Below, in pieces: positions 28,412 to 38,396 of a stretch of DNA of 61,259 bases. Origin of the DNA: a candidate division WOR-3 bacterium (GTDB lineage Bacteria; Hydrothermota; Tepidihabitantia; Tepidihabitantales; Tepidihabitantaceae). Every line of letters starts with the position of its first letter. The first letter of the stretch is position 1. The stretch lies in the NCBI GenBank assembly GCA_965649225.1, contig CBFGJX010000017.1, forward strand, positions 1 to 61,259. Direction: 5' to 3'. A program made the position numbers and the translations under genes. Below the pieces are notes generated by a model. It was not told where the DNA came from and searched no databases. It saw only the letters and a list, made by a program, of their open reading frames with translations.

Positions 28412-28578
28412 GCGGTCTGGTCGGTTTCTGGGCCGACCTTACTTTTACCCGAAGCAGAGATTTTCCGGGCTGGCCGACAGATGGGTCCCGACCGGCCCGG
28501 GGCGAGATAACTCGCCTGCGCCTTATCAAGGAACCATCGACCTCCTTTGTCGTCGCCCCGGTCAAAAGCCGGGGCGAC
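28412..28578 (+). ncRNA. Candidate ~165-nt structured small RNA of unknown family
   Basis: Promoter upstream, four hairpins, unpaired ACCUCCUUU, terminal 10-bp GC hairpin at 28552-28578; the next gene has its own promoter. Confidence 0.4.
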
Positions 28579-28630
28579 AGGTCGTTATGGCGACGCTTGC
28601 CGACAACGGCGGTAGTGCTATGCTGTCGAG

Positions 28631-29536
28631 ATGAAACGGCTGGCCTTCGTCATTGTTCTGGTTGGGTTCTGGTTCGCGGGCGCGTGTTCGAAATCGCAAC
28701 CGACAGGCAGTGCAGTCGAGGTCGTCACGACGCTGGATGTGCTTGGACACTGGGTGCGCGCGGTTGGCGGCGAGCGGGTGCGCGTGCAGAGTATTCTCTC
28801 GGGCTATGAGAACCCGCACACATTCGAGCCGCGGCCGACCGATGCGGGACGTATTGCGCGCGCGCGGCTGCTGGTGCGTGTCGGGCTCGGCCTTGAGGAA
28901 TGGCTGGACGGCCTGATCGCCAACTCCGGCAACGAGTCGCTGGCGGTGCTTGACGTCGCGGACGGTGCTGATGTCGTCGGTGCCGGTGCTGATGACGAGC
29001 ACGGCCGCGAACACAGCCACGAGCGTGGCAATCCGCATGTCTGGCTTGACCCGACAGTCGCGGCCGGGGCGGTGCGGCGCATCGCCGTCGAGCTGGCGCG
29101 GATTGACCCGAAAGGTGAAAGTCTGTACACGGCACGGGCGACCGCCTACACCGCGCGACTCGACAGCGTCACCGCGGCGCTGCAGGCCGAAGTCGCGAAG
29201 CTCTCAAACCGCCGCTTTGTCGGGTATCACGACGCGTGGCCCTATTTCAACCGCCGGTTCGGATTTGAGGCTGTCGCTCATATCGAGGCGCTGCCCGGGC
29301 AGGAACCATCGGCGCGGCGGCTGGCCGAGCTGGTCAATCTCCTGCGGCGCGAGCGCATCCGGGTGATCGTGACCGAGCCGCAACTGCCTTCTGACCTGCC
29401 CGGCGTGCTGGCGCGTGAGACCGGGGCGAAGCTTGTCACCCTCAACGCGCTGCGTGCCGATTCGGCTCCGGGCGACCCGTACATCAATCTTCTGGAGCAG
29501 AACGTCCGCCGGCTGGCCGCGGCGCTGCAAGACTGA
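28631..29536 (+). CDS. Zn/Mn ABC transporter substrate-binding lipoprotein (ZnuA/AdcA family)
   Basis: NPHTFEP, His-rich loop, NPHVWLDP, YHDAWPYF, EPS..L. Confidence 0.9.
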   Translation: MKRLAFVIVLVGFWFAGACSKSQPTGSAVEVVTTLDVLGHWVRAVGGERVRVQSILSGYENPHTFEPRPTDAGRIARARLLVRVGLGLEEWLDGLIANSGNESLAVLDVADGADVVGAGADDEHGREHSHERGNPHVWLDPTVAAGAVRRIAVELARIDPKGESLYTARATAYTARLDSVTAALQAEVAKLSNRRFVGYHDAWPYFNRRFGFEAVAHIEALPGQEPSARRLAELVNLLRRERIRVIVTEPQLPSDLPGVLARETGAKLVTLNALRADSAPGDPYINLLEQNVRRLAAALQD

Positions 29537-29617
29537 CCGGCGAGGAAAAGTGAACCGGATACTGCCGGCAGTGTTGGCCGCAGCGGGGTCGTCGTTGCCC
29601 GGCGCTGAGACCGGGCG

Positions 29618-29812
29618 ATGACGGGCGTGAGTCGGCGGCGACGGCTGATTGGCTGGCTGGCCCTGTTGGTGCTGTTTGTCAGCTTCGTGGTGATCGTTGT
29701 TCACAAGGTACAGAATCCACGGATAGTGCGCATACCGGGCGAGCCGCGCGGGCCGCGGCCGTTCCGGCCCCCGGTTGATTCGACAGCGCGGCCGGCAGCG
29801 CCGGGTGGCTGA
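29618..29812 (+). CDS. Small single-pass membrane protein (64 aa)
   Basis: Arg cluster, one TM helix, Pro-rich tail. Confidence 0.5.
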   Translation: MTGVSRRRRLIGWLALLVLFVSFVVIVVHKVQNPRIVRIPGEPRGPRPFRPPVDSTARPAAPGG

Positions 29813-29858
29813 CCCCGGGGCTGATTGACCGCTCCGGCGGCGAGATTATACTGCCTCC

Positions 29859-31337
29859 ATGCGCGTGATGACAGCGTTTCTGATTGCCCTGCTGACAGCC
29901 AGGGCCGAGGCCTGGATCGCTCCGAAACTGACCAATGTCTGCAGTTCGGCGCCGGCGCCGGGCGGCGTGATGGTCGTGCATGCTGACATCGGCGACGTTC
30001 CGCACGATGCAATCAGTGCGCGGTTGTTCTACTCGCTGGACAACCAGACGACCTGGGGCGAGACAACGCTGGTCCGACTCGGACAGCCCGGGTTCGACAG
30101 TACTTTCGAGGGCGTTGTTCCCCTGCCGGCTTCCGGCACGGTGTATTACTATGTTCAGGCGAGCAACGGTACCAACTACGGTACGCAGGGGCCGACCAAC
30201 CCCACCGACCTCTGGCCGGCTCCGCTCAGCCGCTATGGCTCGGTTACCAATGAAGCCGCCGGTGATACCTTCAACGGTGCACGGGGGCCGTGGCTGGACA
30301 TGACCGGTGTCTGGTTCAGCCGGTCGGCGGAATGGTTTTATGCCCGGATTACCAACAACTACAACTCATGGCCTTTGAACAGCGGACTGCTCGGGCCATG
30401 GTACATCTACTCGGCCGGGCTGGGCAATCCGGACTATGCCGGCGACACCTTCGGGTTTGCGCTGGCCTATGCCAATGTCCTTGGGATATACACTTCGGGA
30501 CTGTATGTCGTCAACAAGTACACCGAGGAGTTCACCAAGTTCGCCGATATCGACGTCCACACCGACGGCAATGCCCTCCAGCTCCGCTGCCGGATTGCCG
30601 AGCTGGCGGCGCATCCGAAATTCGGGCCGTGGCCGCCGCCCTCGGGTTTCTTGAGCTCGGTCCGGGGTGACGCCCGTTCAGCTCGTGCCAACCTGCAAAG
30701 CACGGTTCATGACACCAGCAATCAGGCGCGCTGGTATATCAACTGGACACCGGTGCGGGCGGTTGGCGTCAACCGGCCACCGCAGGTGGACCGGGGCCGG
30801 GTTGTGCCCGAGGTTGGCGCGCCGGAGACGGAGTTCTATTTCAGCGTCCGCTATCTTGACCCCGATACCAACCTCGCGCGGCAGTGCGCCGTGATTGTCG
30901 ACGGCGACACGTTCGCGCTGGCACCGAGCAATCACAACTACTGGCAGGGCGTGACGTTTTCGACCACGCGCAGCGGGTTCGCACCCGGGTTGCACCAGTT
31001 CCACTTCACGGCCTGGGACGGGATGAGCCGGGTCCAGACCGCGGTTGACACCTTCGAGGTTGTGGGGACAGCAGTGGCCGAGGTACCGGTTGGCAGCGGC
31101 GTCCGCGTGTCGGCGGTCCCCAATCCGTTCGGCAGTCGCACGACAATCACTGCTCCGCCGGGCGTCGTTTACGTTGCTGACGCCATCGGTCGAGTCGTCC
31201 GGGCATTGCGTGTTGATCGCCGTGCGCGCAACATCGAATGGGACGGGCGCGGCGACGACGGTCGAACAGTCGCACCGGGGCTGTATTTCCTGCACGCGGC
31301 CGGCGAGCGGCTGCGACTCGTGCGCATCGAGCGCTGA
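29859..31337 (+). CDS. Secreted protein with beta-sandwich domains and FlgD-Ig/CTD tail
   Basis: Signal peptide; VYYYVQA; C-terminal PNPF...WDGRGDDG..VAPGLYF. Confidence 0.8.
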   Translation: MRVMTAFLIALLTARAEAWIAPKLTNVCSSAPAPGGVMVVHADIGDVPHDAISARLFYSLDNQTTWGETTLVRLGQPGFDSTFEGVVPLPASGTVYYYVQASNGTNYGTQGPTNPTDLWPAPLSRYGSVTNEAAGDTFNGARGPWLDMTGVWFSRSAEWFYARITNNYNSWPLNSGLLGPWYIYSAGLGNPDYAGDTFGFALAYANVLGIYTSGLYVVNKYTEEFTKFADIDVHTDGNALQLRCRIAELAAHPKFGPWPPPSGFLSSVRGDARSARANLQSTVHDTSNQARWYINWTPVRAVGVNRPPQVDRGRVVPEVGAPETEFYFSVRYLDPDTNLARQCAVIVDGDTFALAPSNHNYWQGVTFSTTRSGFAPGLHQFHFTAWDGMSRVQTAVDTFEVVGTAVAEVPVGSGVRVSAVPNPFGSRTTITAPPGVVYVADAIGRVVRALRVDRRARNIEWDGRGDDGRTVAPGLYFLHAAGERLRLVRIER

Positions 31338-31419
31338 CCAGACCAGAGCCCCGCCACGGGCAACCGGAATTTCGGCCGGCCGGTTGACTCGTCCCGCCGG
31401 CGGACATAAGCTCTTGTTG

Positions 31420-34335
31420 ATGCGGACTGCGTTCGCGTTGCTGGGTCTTGCAGCCGCGCTGGCGGCCCGGCCGGCGCAGGTCATCGAGGACTTTGACGCC
31501 GGCGCGGTCGAGCTTTTCTCTTTCCCCGGTCAGGACGTTCATCCCGACTCCTGGGCGCTGGATTCGCTGGTCACCTACAACAACTCGCCGTGGTCGCTGC
31601 GCCTGTTCGGCAACACCTGGAAGGTCGAGTCAATCGCGCCGCGGCGGCTCGATTCGGCCGATGTCTGGACCGTGGCGGCGTACGTGCGCGACCTTGGCGA
31701 GATACAGGGCTTCGGGCTCGCTGATTCGGCGCGCGCGCTGTTCTACTCATTCGCGGGCAGCGAGCAGGTGAATCCGGACTCGTGGGTAACCGTGTACCAG
31801 GGGGCGTTCGGCACGGGCGCGTGGCGCGAGTACCGGCTGCCCGCGGGCGAAGACTGGCGGGCGCGGTTCGGCTACGCGCCGACGATACGGGCAATCGTGT
31901 TTGTCAACGACCGCGACACCGACCCGCGCGCGAGCTTATACTTTGACTGGATTGCCGATGTCACCGAAGACCAGCCGGTCGCGCCCGCGGTCGAGGCGTG
32001 GTACGAGCCGGGCGGAATGCTGGACAACCGCGACGGGTCGTGGGACGTGCGGGTGCGGTTTCACTCGCGGGTGACTGACCCGGACAGCCGCGCTCACGAG
32101 TTTCTCTGGAGCTTCGGCGACGGAGCGACGAGCCGTGACTCGGCGCCCGAGCACAACTACACGGTGCGCGACAATCACACCTACACCGCCCTGCTCGAGG
32201 TGCGCGACAGCACCGGACGCTGGGGCCGGGCCGCGTGCCGGGTAGCGGTTGACCCGGGACCTTCGACCCTGCCGGTGCGGCTGAACTTCGTCGGGGACAT
32301 GATGCTGGCGCGGCGCTACGAGAATCCGGGCGGCATCATCGACACGCTCGGGCCGCGGGGCGTGTTCGATTCCATCAAGCCGTGGCTCGGCGACGCCGCG
32401 GACATCACCGTGGGCAACCTCGAATGCCCGCTGGCCGACACCGGCACGCGCCACCCGACCAAGCCGATAGTCTTCCGCGGCCGGCCTGCCAACGTCGCCG
32501 GGTTCGTTCACGCGGGGATTGACGTGGTTTCACTCGCCAACAATCACATTCTCGACTACGGCGAGCCGGCGCTCGAACAGACCCGGCGGGTTCTGGACAG
32601 CGCCGGCATCCGCCACTCGGGCGCAGGGCGCGACGCCTACGAGGCGCACCGGCCGCTGTTCGTGCAGAAGTCGGGGCTGAACTTCGCGTTCCTCGCCTAC
32701 AGCGACCGCAACGGCCAGTACGACAATTACCAGCCTTACCTCGACGCGGGCTATGCCAAGCCCGGGTTCGCCTATGAGGACTCCTGGCGCATCTTCGGGA
32801 TGATCAGGCTCGTGGATTCGGTGGCGGACCGAATAGTGGTCGAGCTGCACTCCGGGATCGAGTACGAAACCGCGCCCTCGGACGAGGACGAGTGGTACTC
32901 GCCGTACGCGAGCGCGCCGGCGGAAAACATCCGCGCGCTGCGCCGGCGCATCGTCGAAGCGGGCGCGGACGCGGTCATCTGCCATCATCCGCACGTCCTG
33001 CAGGGCTTGGAGGTGCACGAGGGCAGGCTCATCGCCCACTCGCTGGGCAACTTCGCGTTCGACCAGGAATACACCGAGACCTATCCGTCGGTCATCGTCA
33101 ATGCGCTGGTCGACGAACGCGGGTTCTACGAATACACGCTGACGCCGGTCTTCCTCGATGACTACATCCCGCGCCGGGCAAGGGGCGAGCTGGGCCGGCA
33201 CATTCTCGACTACCTCGCCCGGCTGTCGCGCGCGCTTGGCACGGTCGTGGCTGTCGAGAACGACAGCGTCACGGCGCGGGTCGCGCTGGACACGGGCGCG
33301 CTGCAGCGCGCGGTTGTCCGCCGGTCGGCCGAGGCGACGCCGGCGCGCTCAGGCGGCTGGTGGGTGACGCCGCCGGTGGCGCTTCGGCGCGACGGCTCAA
33401 TCTCGGCCCTGGCCGGCGCGTCGCCCGGGGCGCAGTGGCAGGTCCGGCTCGGTCGCCCGCTGGTCTGGTACGGCAACTTCGAGCGCGAGGGCGCGGCGCC
33501 GTGGCTGCTCAATGAATCCGGTGAGTCCATTGTCGGGCCGGGGCGGGCAAGCGAACGCGCTCTGTGCCAGACCCGCGCGGTCGGCTCGGGCGCGATCGTC
33601 ACTGGCTTCAAGCGGCGAGTCATCCGTCCCCAGGGCGCAAACGAGTTCACCGTGCACGGCTGGGTGCGCGGCACGAACGCGCGCAACGCCGCGGTCAGGG
33701 TGAAGCCATACTCGGTGCGCACGGGCGGGGTCGCGCTGGACAGCTTCGCGGCGCCGGCGCGGTCCGGCACGCTGGACTGGTCGTTCACCTCTGCCGATTT
33801 CGCCGCGCCGACCGGGACCGCGTTCTTTGACCTTGAGTGCCGCAGCGAGGCACCGCTCTCGGGCGGCACGGGCCGGGCGTGGTTTGACGACGCCGGCATC
33901 ATCGAGTGGGGCGAGTGGCAGCCGCTCATCGGGCCGGTCCCGGTTGCGGAGCCGAACGACTGGTACTGGGTGCAACTGCGCGCCTCGGATTCGACCGGGT
34001 CGGTGACTCTTGCTTACGACGAGACCGCGTACGGCTTTCCGGTCGGCGTTGCCCGGCACGGGAGCGAGCGCGCCCGGACAGGCCTGCGGGTACTGGGCAG
34101 CCCGGGCCGAGCGCCGAGAATCGAGTTCGCGCCGCCGCGGGCGGATGGCGTGCGCCTGCGGGTTTTCGACTGCTCAGGTCGGCTTGTCCGGGCGTACAGC
34201 GTCAGTCGTGAAGCGTCCGGCGTCACCTGGGACGGCCGCGACGACGCAGGCAGGCTGGTCAGCGCCGGGCTGTACTTCTGCCGGCTGGAGACCGCGGCCG
34301 GGGCGGCGGATTCAAAACTGGTGTTTGTCCGCTGA
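31420..34335 (+). CDS. CapA-family metallophosphatase with PKD and FlgD-Ig/CTD domains
   Basis: WSFGDG (PKD); GDMML, GNLE, SLANNH.LDYG, HSG.E, HHPHVLQ, HSLGNF; WDGRDDAG...GLYF; ATG 31420 preferred over 31045. Confidence 0.88.
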   Translation: MRTAFALLGLAAALAARPAQVIEDFDAGAVELFSFPGQDVHPDSWALDSLVTYNNSPWSLRLFGNTWKVESIAPRRLDSADVWTVAAYVRDLGEIQGFGLADSARALFYSFAGSEQVNPDSWVTVYQGAFGTGAWREYRLPAGEDWRARFGYAPTIRAIVFVNDRDTDPRASLYFDWIADVTEDQPVAPAVEAWYEPGGMLDNRDGSWDVRVRFHSRVTDPDSRAHEFLWSFGDGATSRDSAPEHNYTVRDNHTYTALLEVRDSTGRWGRAACRVAVDPGPSTLPVRLNFVGDMMLARRYENPGGIIDTLGPRGVFDSIKPWLGDAADITVGNLECPLADTGTRHPTKPIVFRGRPANVAGFVHAGIDVVSLANNHILDYGEPALEQTRRVLDSAGIRHSGAGRDAYEAHRPLFVQKSGLNFAFLAYSDRNGQYDNYQPYLDAGYAKPGFAYEDSWRIFGMIRLVDSVADRIVVELHSGIEYETAPSDEDEWYSPYASAPAENIRALRRRIVEAGADAVICHHPHVLQGLEVHEGRLIAHSLGNFAFDQEYTETYPSVIVNALVDERGFYEYTLTPVFLDDYIPRRARGELGRHILDYLARLSRALGTVVAVENDSVTARVALDTGALQRAVVRRSAEATPARSGGWWVTPPVALRRDGSISALAGASPGAQWQVRLGRPLVWYGNFEREGAAPWLLNESGESIVGPGRASERALCQTRAVGSGAIVTGFKRRVIRPQGANEFTVHGWVRGTNARNAAVRVKPYSVRTGGVALDSFAAPARSGTLDWSFTSADFAAPTGTAFFDLECRSEAPLSGGTGRAWFDDAGIIEWGEWQPLIGPVPVAEPNDWYWVQLRASDSTGSVTLAYDETAYGFPVGVARHGSERARTGLRVLGSPGRAPRIEFAPPRADGVRLRVFDCSGRLVRAYSVSREASGVTWDGRDDAGRLVSAGLYFCRLETAAGAADSKLVFVR

Positions 34336-34458
34336 TGAGAAGGGCGGACGGCCTGGCCTGTGCGTTCACCGACCGGCCTAGTGTCAGGAACGTTGCTGAT
34401 TGACGCCCAGCCTGAGGCGTTTAGACTGGGGCTGAGTCCTGTCGGGCAGAGGACAGCA

Positions 34459-36555
34459 ATGACTACGGTTTTGCTTCTTGTCGCGACGGCAGCTTTGCGG
34501 GCCGGGGCGTATCCGGTTGCCGATTCCCAGAATGTCGCTTTTGTCGGCAACTGGCCGTTTGGTCAGAGCTGGGCGCTGGCCGCGGACAGTTCCCGTTCGC
34601 TGGTCTTTCTTGGGTCGGGCGGCGGTGTCTATGTGCTGGATGTGTCCGACCCGGCACTGCCAGTGAAAGTCAGCGAAAAGATTCACACCCGCGGCTGGGT
34701 GCGCGGGCTGTGGTACGAGCCGGCCGGCCAGCGACTGTTTGTGGCCGATTATGGCGACGGGGTCGAAGCATGGAGCGTCGCCAACCCGGCTGCGCCGGTG
34801 CGGCTCGGTGGCCGCGATACACCTGGGCTGGCCGAGTTTGCCGCCGTGAGTGGCGGTTATGTCTGGGTGGCCGATGAGGGGCGGGGTGTCCGGGTGATCA
34901 GGCTGAGCGACTGGAGCGAGGTCGGCAGTTATGACACCACCGGCTTTGCCTGGGGGGTTGCCTTCGCCGGCGACTATGCCCTTGCCGCCCACGATGCTCT
35001 CGGCCTGATTGTGTTGCTTGCCACCGACCCTTCCCGTCCGCGGCGGCGCGGGCTCTACGACACACCGGGGCAGTGTCGTGACGTTCGTGTGCGCGGCCAG
35101 CGGGCTTATGTTGCCGACGGCAGTTCCGGGCTGCTCGTCCTTGACATTTCGGCGCCGACCAACCCGGCCTTGCTGGGCTGGTGCGATACGCCCGGTACGG
35201 CCTGGCGGGTGGCGGTCGACGGTGACTACGCTTTTGTTGCCGACGTCGATGCCGGCCTGCGGGTGATTCACATCGGCAATCCGATGCAGCCGGTCGAAAT
35301 CGGTGCCATCGATTTGCCCGGACAGATTTTCGATGTCGCTGTGGCTGGCGGCTATGCCTTTTGTGCCGGCAATGACGCCGGGCTTTACTGCGTCGATGTC
35401 AGCGACCCGTTCAATCCGCGCCTTGTCGGTTCGTTCGCGGTGCCGGGTCCGGCGCTTGGAATCTGCCTTGGGGGCGGGCTGGGTTATGTTACCTGTGGCC
35501 GGGACGGTCTGCGGGTACTGGAGATTGACGGCGGTGAGCTGAGTCAGGTCGGAAACTGTGTTTTGCCCGGGATGGCACGGGCAGTGGCCGTGAATGCCGG
35601 ACTGGCAGTCGTGGCTTGTGACACCGCCGGGCTGGCAGTGGTCGATGTCAGTGTGCCGACGCAGCCGCGGCTGGTCGGTCGCTGCGTTCTGTCCGGGCCG
35701 GCCTATGGAGTTGCACTGGTCGGGTCGCGCGCCTTCGTTGCCGCCCAGGAGGCCGGGCTACGGGTGGTGGAACTCGTTGACCCGGGTTCACCTTATGAAA
35801 GCGGATTCTGTGATACCCCGGGCTGGGCTTGCGGTGTTGCAGTCCGCGGTGATTACTGTTATGTTGCCGACGGCAGCGCCGGGCTGCGAATACTCAATAT
35901 TGCCGGTCCCGGTAATCCGGTTGAGGTCGGATTCTGCGACACCCCGGGAACCGCCAGCGCAGTGGCACTCTACGGCAACTACGCTTATGTTGCCGATGAC
36001 AATCAGGGGTTGCGAATAATCAATGTCAGCGCACCGGCCAACCCGGTCGAGGCAGGACGGTTTGACACTCCGGGGCTGGCACGCGGGGTCGCGCTGGCCT
36101 ACCCGTATGCCTGTGTGGCCGATTTCGATGCCGGATTGCGAATCGTCCGGGTGAGCAATCCTGCCAATCCTCAGGCGTCGGGTTACTTTGTAACTCCGGG
36201 TGCGGCGGTCGCCCTGGCGGTGGAAAGGGATTATGTTTATGTCGCCGACTACTGGGACGGCGTTCAGGGTTACCGCAAACTCTATACCGGGCTGGCCGAT
36301 GACCCGGAAGCCGGTACAACAAGTCAGCTGCTGATACGACCGGATGCCGGTTCGGTCCGTTTGCTGCTGGAGGGTGAGAGTTCGCCCAGGACATTGACAG
36401 TGGCGGACTGTACCGGACAGGTTGTTGCTACTCGGCAGATTCTGCCGGGCGTGCCGGTGCGACTGGCGACCGGTGCGCTGCCGGCGGGCAGTTACTTTCT
36501 GGTCGCCGCTGGTGCCGGCAAACCGATAACCGGACGGTTCACAGTGGTTCACTAG
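34459..36555 (+). CDS. Secreted LVIVD-repeat beta-propeller protein with CTD-like tail
   Basis: More than a dozen repeats of DTPG.A..VAV.G.YAYVAD...GLRI.DVS.P..P. Confidence 0.9.
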   Translation: MTTVLLLVATAALRAGAYPVADSQNVAFVGNWPFGQSWALAADSSRSLVFLGSGGGVYVLDVSDPALPVKVSEKIHTRGWVRGLWYEPAGQRLFVADYGDGVEAWSVANPAAPVRLGGRDTPGLAEFAAVSGGYVWVADEGRGVRVIRLSDWSEVGSYDTTGFAWGVAFAGDYALAAHDALGLIVLLATDPSRPRRRGLYDTPGQCRDVRVRGQRAYVADGSSGLLVLDISAPTNPALLGWCDTPGTAWRVAVDGDYAFVADVDAGLRVIHIGNPMQPVEIGAIDLPGQIFDVAVAGGYAFCAGNDAGLYCVDVSDPFNPRLVGSFAVPGPALGICLGGGLGYVTCGRDGLRVLEIDGGELSQVGNCVLPGMARAVAVNAGLAVVACDTAGLAVVDVSVPTQPRLVGRCVLSGPAYGVALVGSRAFVAAQEAGLRVVELVDPGSPYESGFCDTPGWACGVAVRGDYCYVADGSAGLRILNIAGPGNPVEVGFCDTPGTASAVALYGNYAYVADDNQGLRIINVSAPANPVEAGRFDTPGLARGVALAYPYACVADFDAGLRIVRVSNPANPQASGYFVTPGAAVALAVERDYVYVADYWDGVQGYRKLYTGLADDPEAGTTSQLLIRPDAGSVRLLLEGESSPRTLTVADCTGQVVATRQILPGVPVRLATGALPAGSYFLVAAGAGKPITGRFTVVH

Positions 36556-36580
36556 CGGCCATCCGGCCACAACCGGCGGC

Positions 36581-37186
36581 GTGGCGGTGGTGAAACAGGC
36601 GCTGTTTTGGAGCGGAGTCGGGTTTGCCGCCGGTTCGCTGCCGTTTTCGGTCTGGCTGGCGCGGGCGATTTCCCGAAGAGATATCCGCAGTGTCGGCGAT
36701 GGCAATCCGGGTGCGGTCAATGCGTGGAAAGCCGGTTCGTGGCGGGCCGGTCTGCCTGCGCTCTGGCTTGATTTTTTGAAGGCGGCGGTGCCGGTCGGAC
36801 TGGCGCGCTGGGTGTTTGGCATCGGCGGCTGGTGGCTGGTGCCGGTTGCGATTGCGCCGGTGCTCGGGCATGCGTTCTCGCCGCTGCTGGGATTCCGGGG
36901 CGGCAAGGCGATTGCCGTGTCGTTCGGCGCCTGGTGCGGAATATCGCTCTGGGAGGGACCGACGGTTCTGGGGGCAGGGTTTGCGCTGGTCGGGCTGCTG
37001 GTGTCGGGCAGTGCCTGGGTGGTGCTGGGCGGAATGCTGGTGCTATTGGCCTACTGGCTGCTGCGCGGTGTGGAGCCGGCGATTTATGGTTTCTGGCTGG
37101 CCGATACCGCGTTGCTGTTGTGGAAGCATCGGCGGGAACTGCGTCGGTTGCGGCCCGGCCCGGCGTTCGGCGAGGGTGGGGATTGA
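36581..37186 (+). CDS. PlsY-family acyltransferase
   Basis: DIRSVGDGNPGAVN, DFLK, LGHAFSP...GGKAIA. Confidence 0.85.
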   Translation: MAVVKQALFWSGVGFAAGSLPFSVWLARAISRRDIRSVGDGNPGAVNAWKAGSWRAGLPALWLDFLKAAVPVGLARWVFGIGGWWLVPVAIAPVLGHAFSPLLGFRGGKAIAVSFGAWCGISLWEGPTVLGAGFALVGLLVSGSAWVVLGGMLVLLAYWLLRGVEPAIYGFWLADTALLLWKHRRELRRLRPGPAFGEGGD

Positions 37187-38334
37187 ATCTTCTCTGGGTC
37201 GAGCATCAGGCGGGAATTGTCGTTTTTCTGGCCGTGATCCTGGTGATTGCGTTGTACAATGCCGTCTCTTTCCGCCGGCTCGGTCGCTACCGGCCGGGCC
37301 GGCGGCAGCCGCGGGTGTCAATCTGTCTGCCGCTGCGCAATGAGGAAATCAACGCCGCTGCTGTCATCGGTTCACTGCTGGCGCAGGACTATCCCGATTT
37401 TGAACTGCTGGTGCTGGACGATGGTTCGACCGACCGGACCCGGGCGGTGATTACTGAACTGGCTCGAACCGATGCCCGGCTGCGGATAGTTGCCGGTACA
37501 CCGCTGCCGCCCGGCTGGATTGGCAAGTCCTGGGCCTGCCATCAGCTTGCCCGGGCAGCGAGTGGAGAGCTGTTGCTGTTCACCGATGCCGACACCCGGC
37601 ATGCATCCGATTGCCTGGGCCGGGCGGTGGCGGCGCTGCAGGCCGAGCAGGCTGACCTGCTGTCGCTGGTGCCTCATGAGGTGGTAGGCACACTGGGGGA
37701 GGCATTGACCGTGCCGATAATGCTCTGGAGCATTACCTGTTTTCTGGCAGTCAGAATTGTCGAGCGCTGGCAGAGTCCGGCATTCACCGCTGCCAACGGT
37801 CAATTCCTGCTGTTTCGCCACAGTGCTTACCGGCAGATTGGCGGCCACGAAGCAGTGCGGGCAAGTGCAGTTGACGATCTGGCACTGGTGCGTCGGGTTG
37901 CCGCTGCCGGTCTGCGCTGGCGGTTAGTGGACGGGATGAGCTCTTTGTCGTGCCGGATGTATCGCTCGAGCCGTGCCGCCTTTGCCGGTTTCAGCAAGAA
38001 TCTGTTTCCGGCCTTCGGCGGCAACGTGGTGTTGTTCGGGTTTGTCTGGTTGTGGCTTTTGGTCAGTTACTGGCAGCCGGTTGTGGTACTGCTCCTGGCT
38101 GTGTTCGGGGCGAGAGTCGAAGTTTTCTCGCTCTGGGCGGCCGGGCTGGGATGGGGGCTGGGTTCGCTGCTGTGGCTGGTGACCGCGGTTCGCTGGCGCT
38201 ATCCGTTGTGGCTGAGTCTGGTTGGGCCGGCAGTTATCGCCTCGGGCGCAGTCGTCGGTTTTTATTCGATGTATCTGACTCTGACCGGCCGGGCACGCTG
38301 GAAAGGCCGGACACTGCCCGGACGCGAGGGCTAG
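37183..38334 (+). CDS. GT2 glycosyltransferase, CrtQ/HpnB-like
   Basis: P.RNEE, DDGSTD, GWIGKSWACHQL, FTDADT, NGQF, DD.AL, CRMY; N- and C-terminal TM helices; TTG overlaps the upstream stop. Confidence 0.85.
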   Translation: MNLLWVEHQAGIVVFLAVILVIALYNAVSFRRLGRYRPGRRQPRVSICLPLRNEEINAAAVIGSLLAQDYPDFELLVLDDGSTDRTRAVITELARTDARLRIVAGTPLPPGWIGKSWACHQLARAASGELLLFTDADTRHASDCLGRAVAALQAEQADLLSLVPHEVVGTLGEALTVPIMLWSITCFLAVRIVERWQSPAFTAANGQFLLFRHSAYRQIGGHEAVRASAVDDLALVRRVAAAGLRWRLVDGMSSLSCRMYRSSRAAFAGFSKNLFPAFGGNVVLFGFVWLWLLVSYWQPVVVLLLAVFGARVEVFSLWAAGLGWGLGSLLWLVTAVRWRYPLWLSLVGPAVIASGAVVGFYSMYLTLTGRARWKGRTLPGREG

Positions 38335-38396
38335 TTGCGGACCGCTTGCCCCTGGGTTCCGAACGACTACAATCAGGACGCGGAAACAACCGTTGA

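Noticed and set aside
28054..28630. Retron ncRNA or replication origin
   Set aside because: No reverse transcriptase in the window and no clear TTATCCACA box cluster.
31045..31419. N-terminal extension of the CapA ORF (likewise the extensions at 36832, 21429, 40455 and 27181)
   Set aside because: Overlaps upstream genes or promoters; signal peptide, promoter or coupling evidence points to later starts.
34459..36555. Periodic DNA similarity suggesting a CRISPR or tandem array
   Set aside because: Explained by degenerate LVIVD protein repeats; there are no identical repeats with unique spacers.
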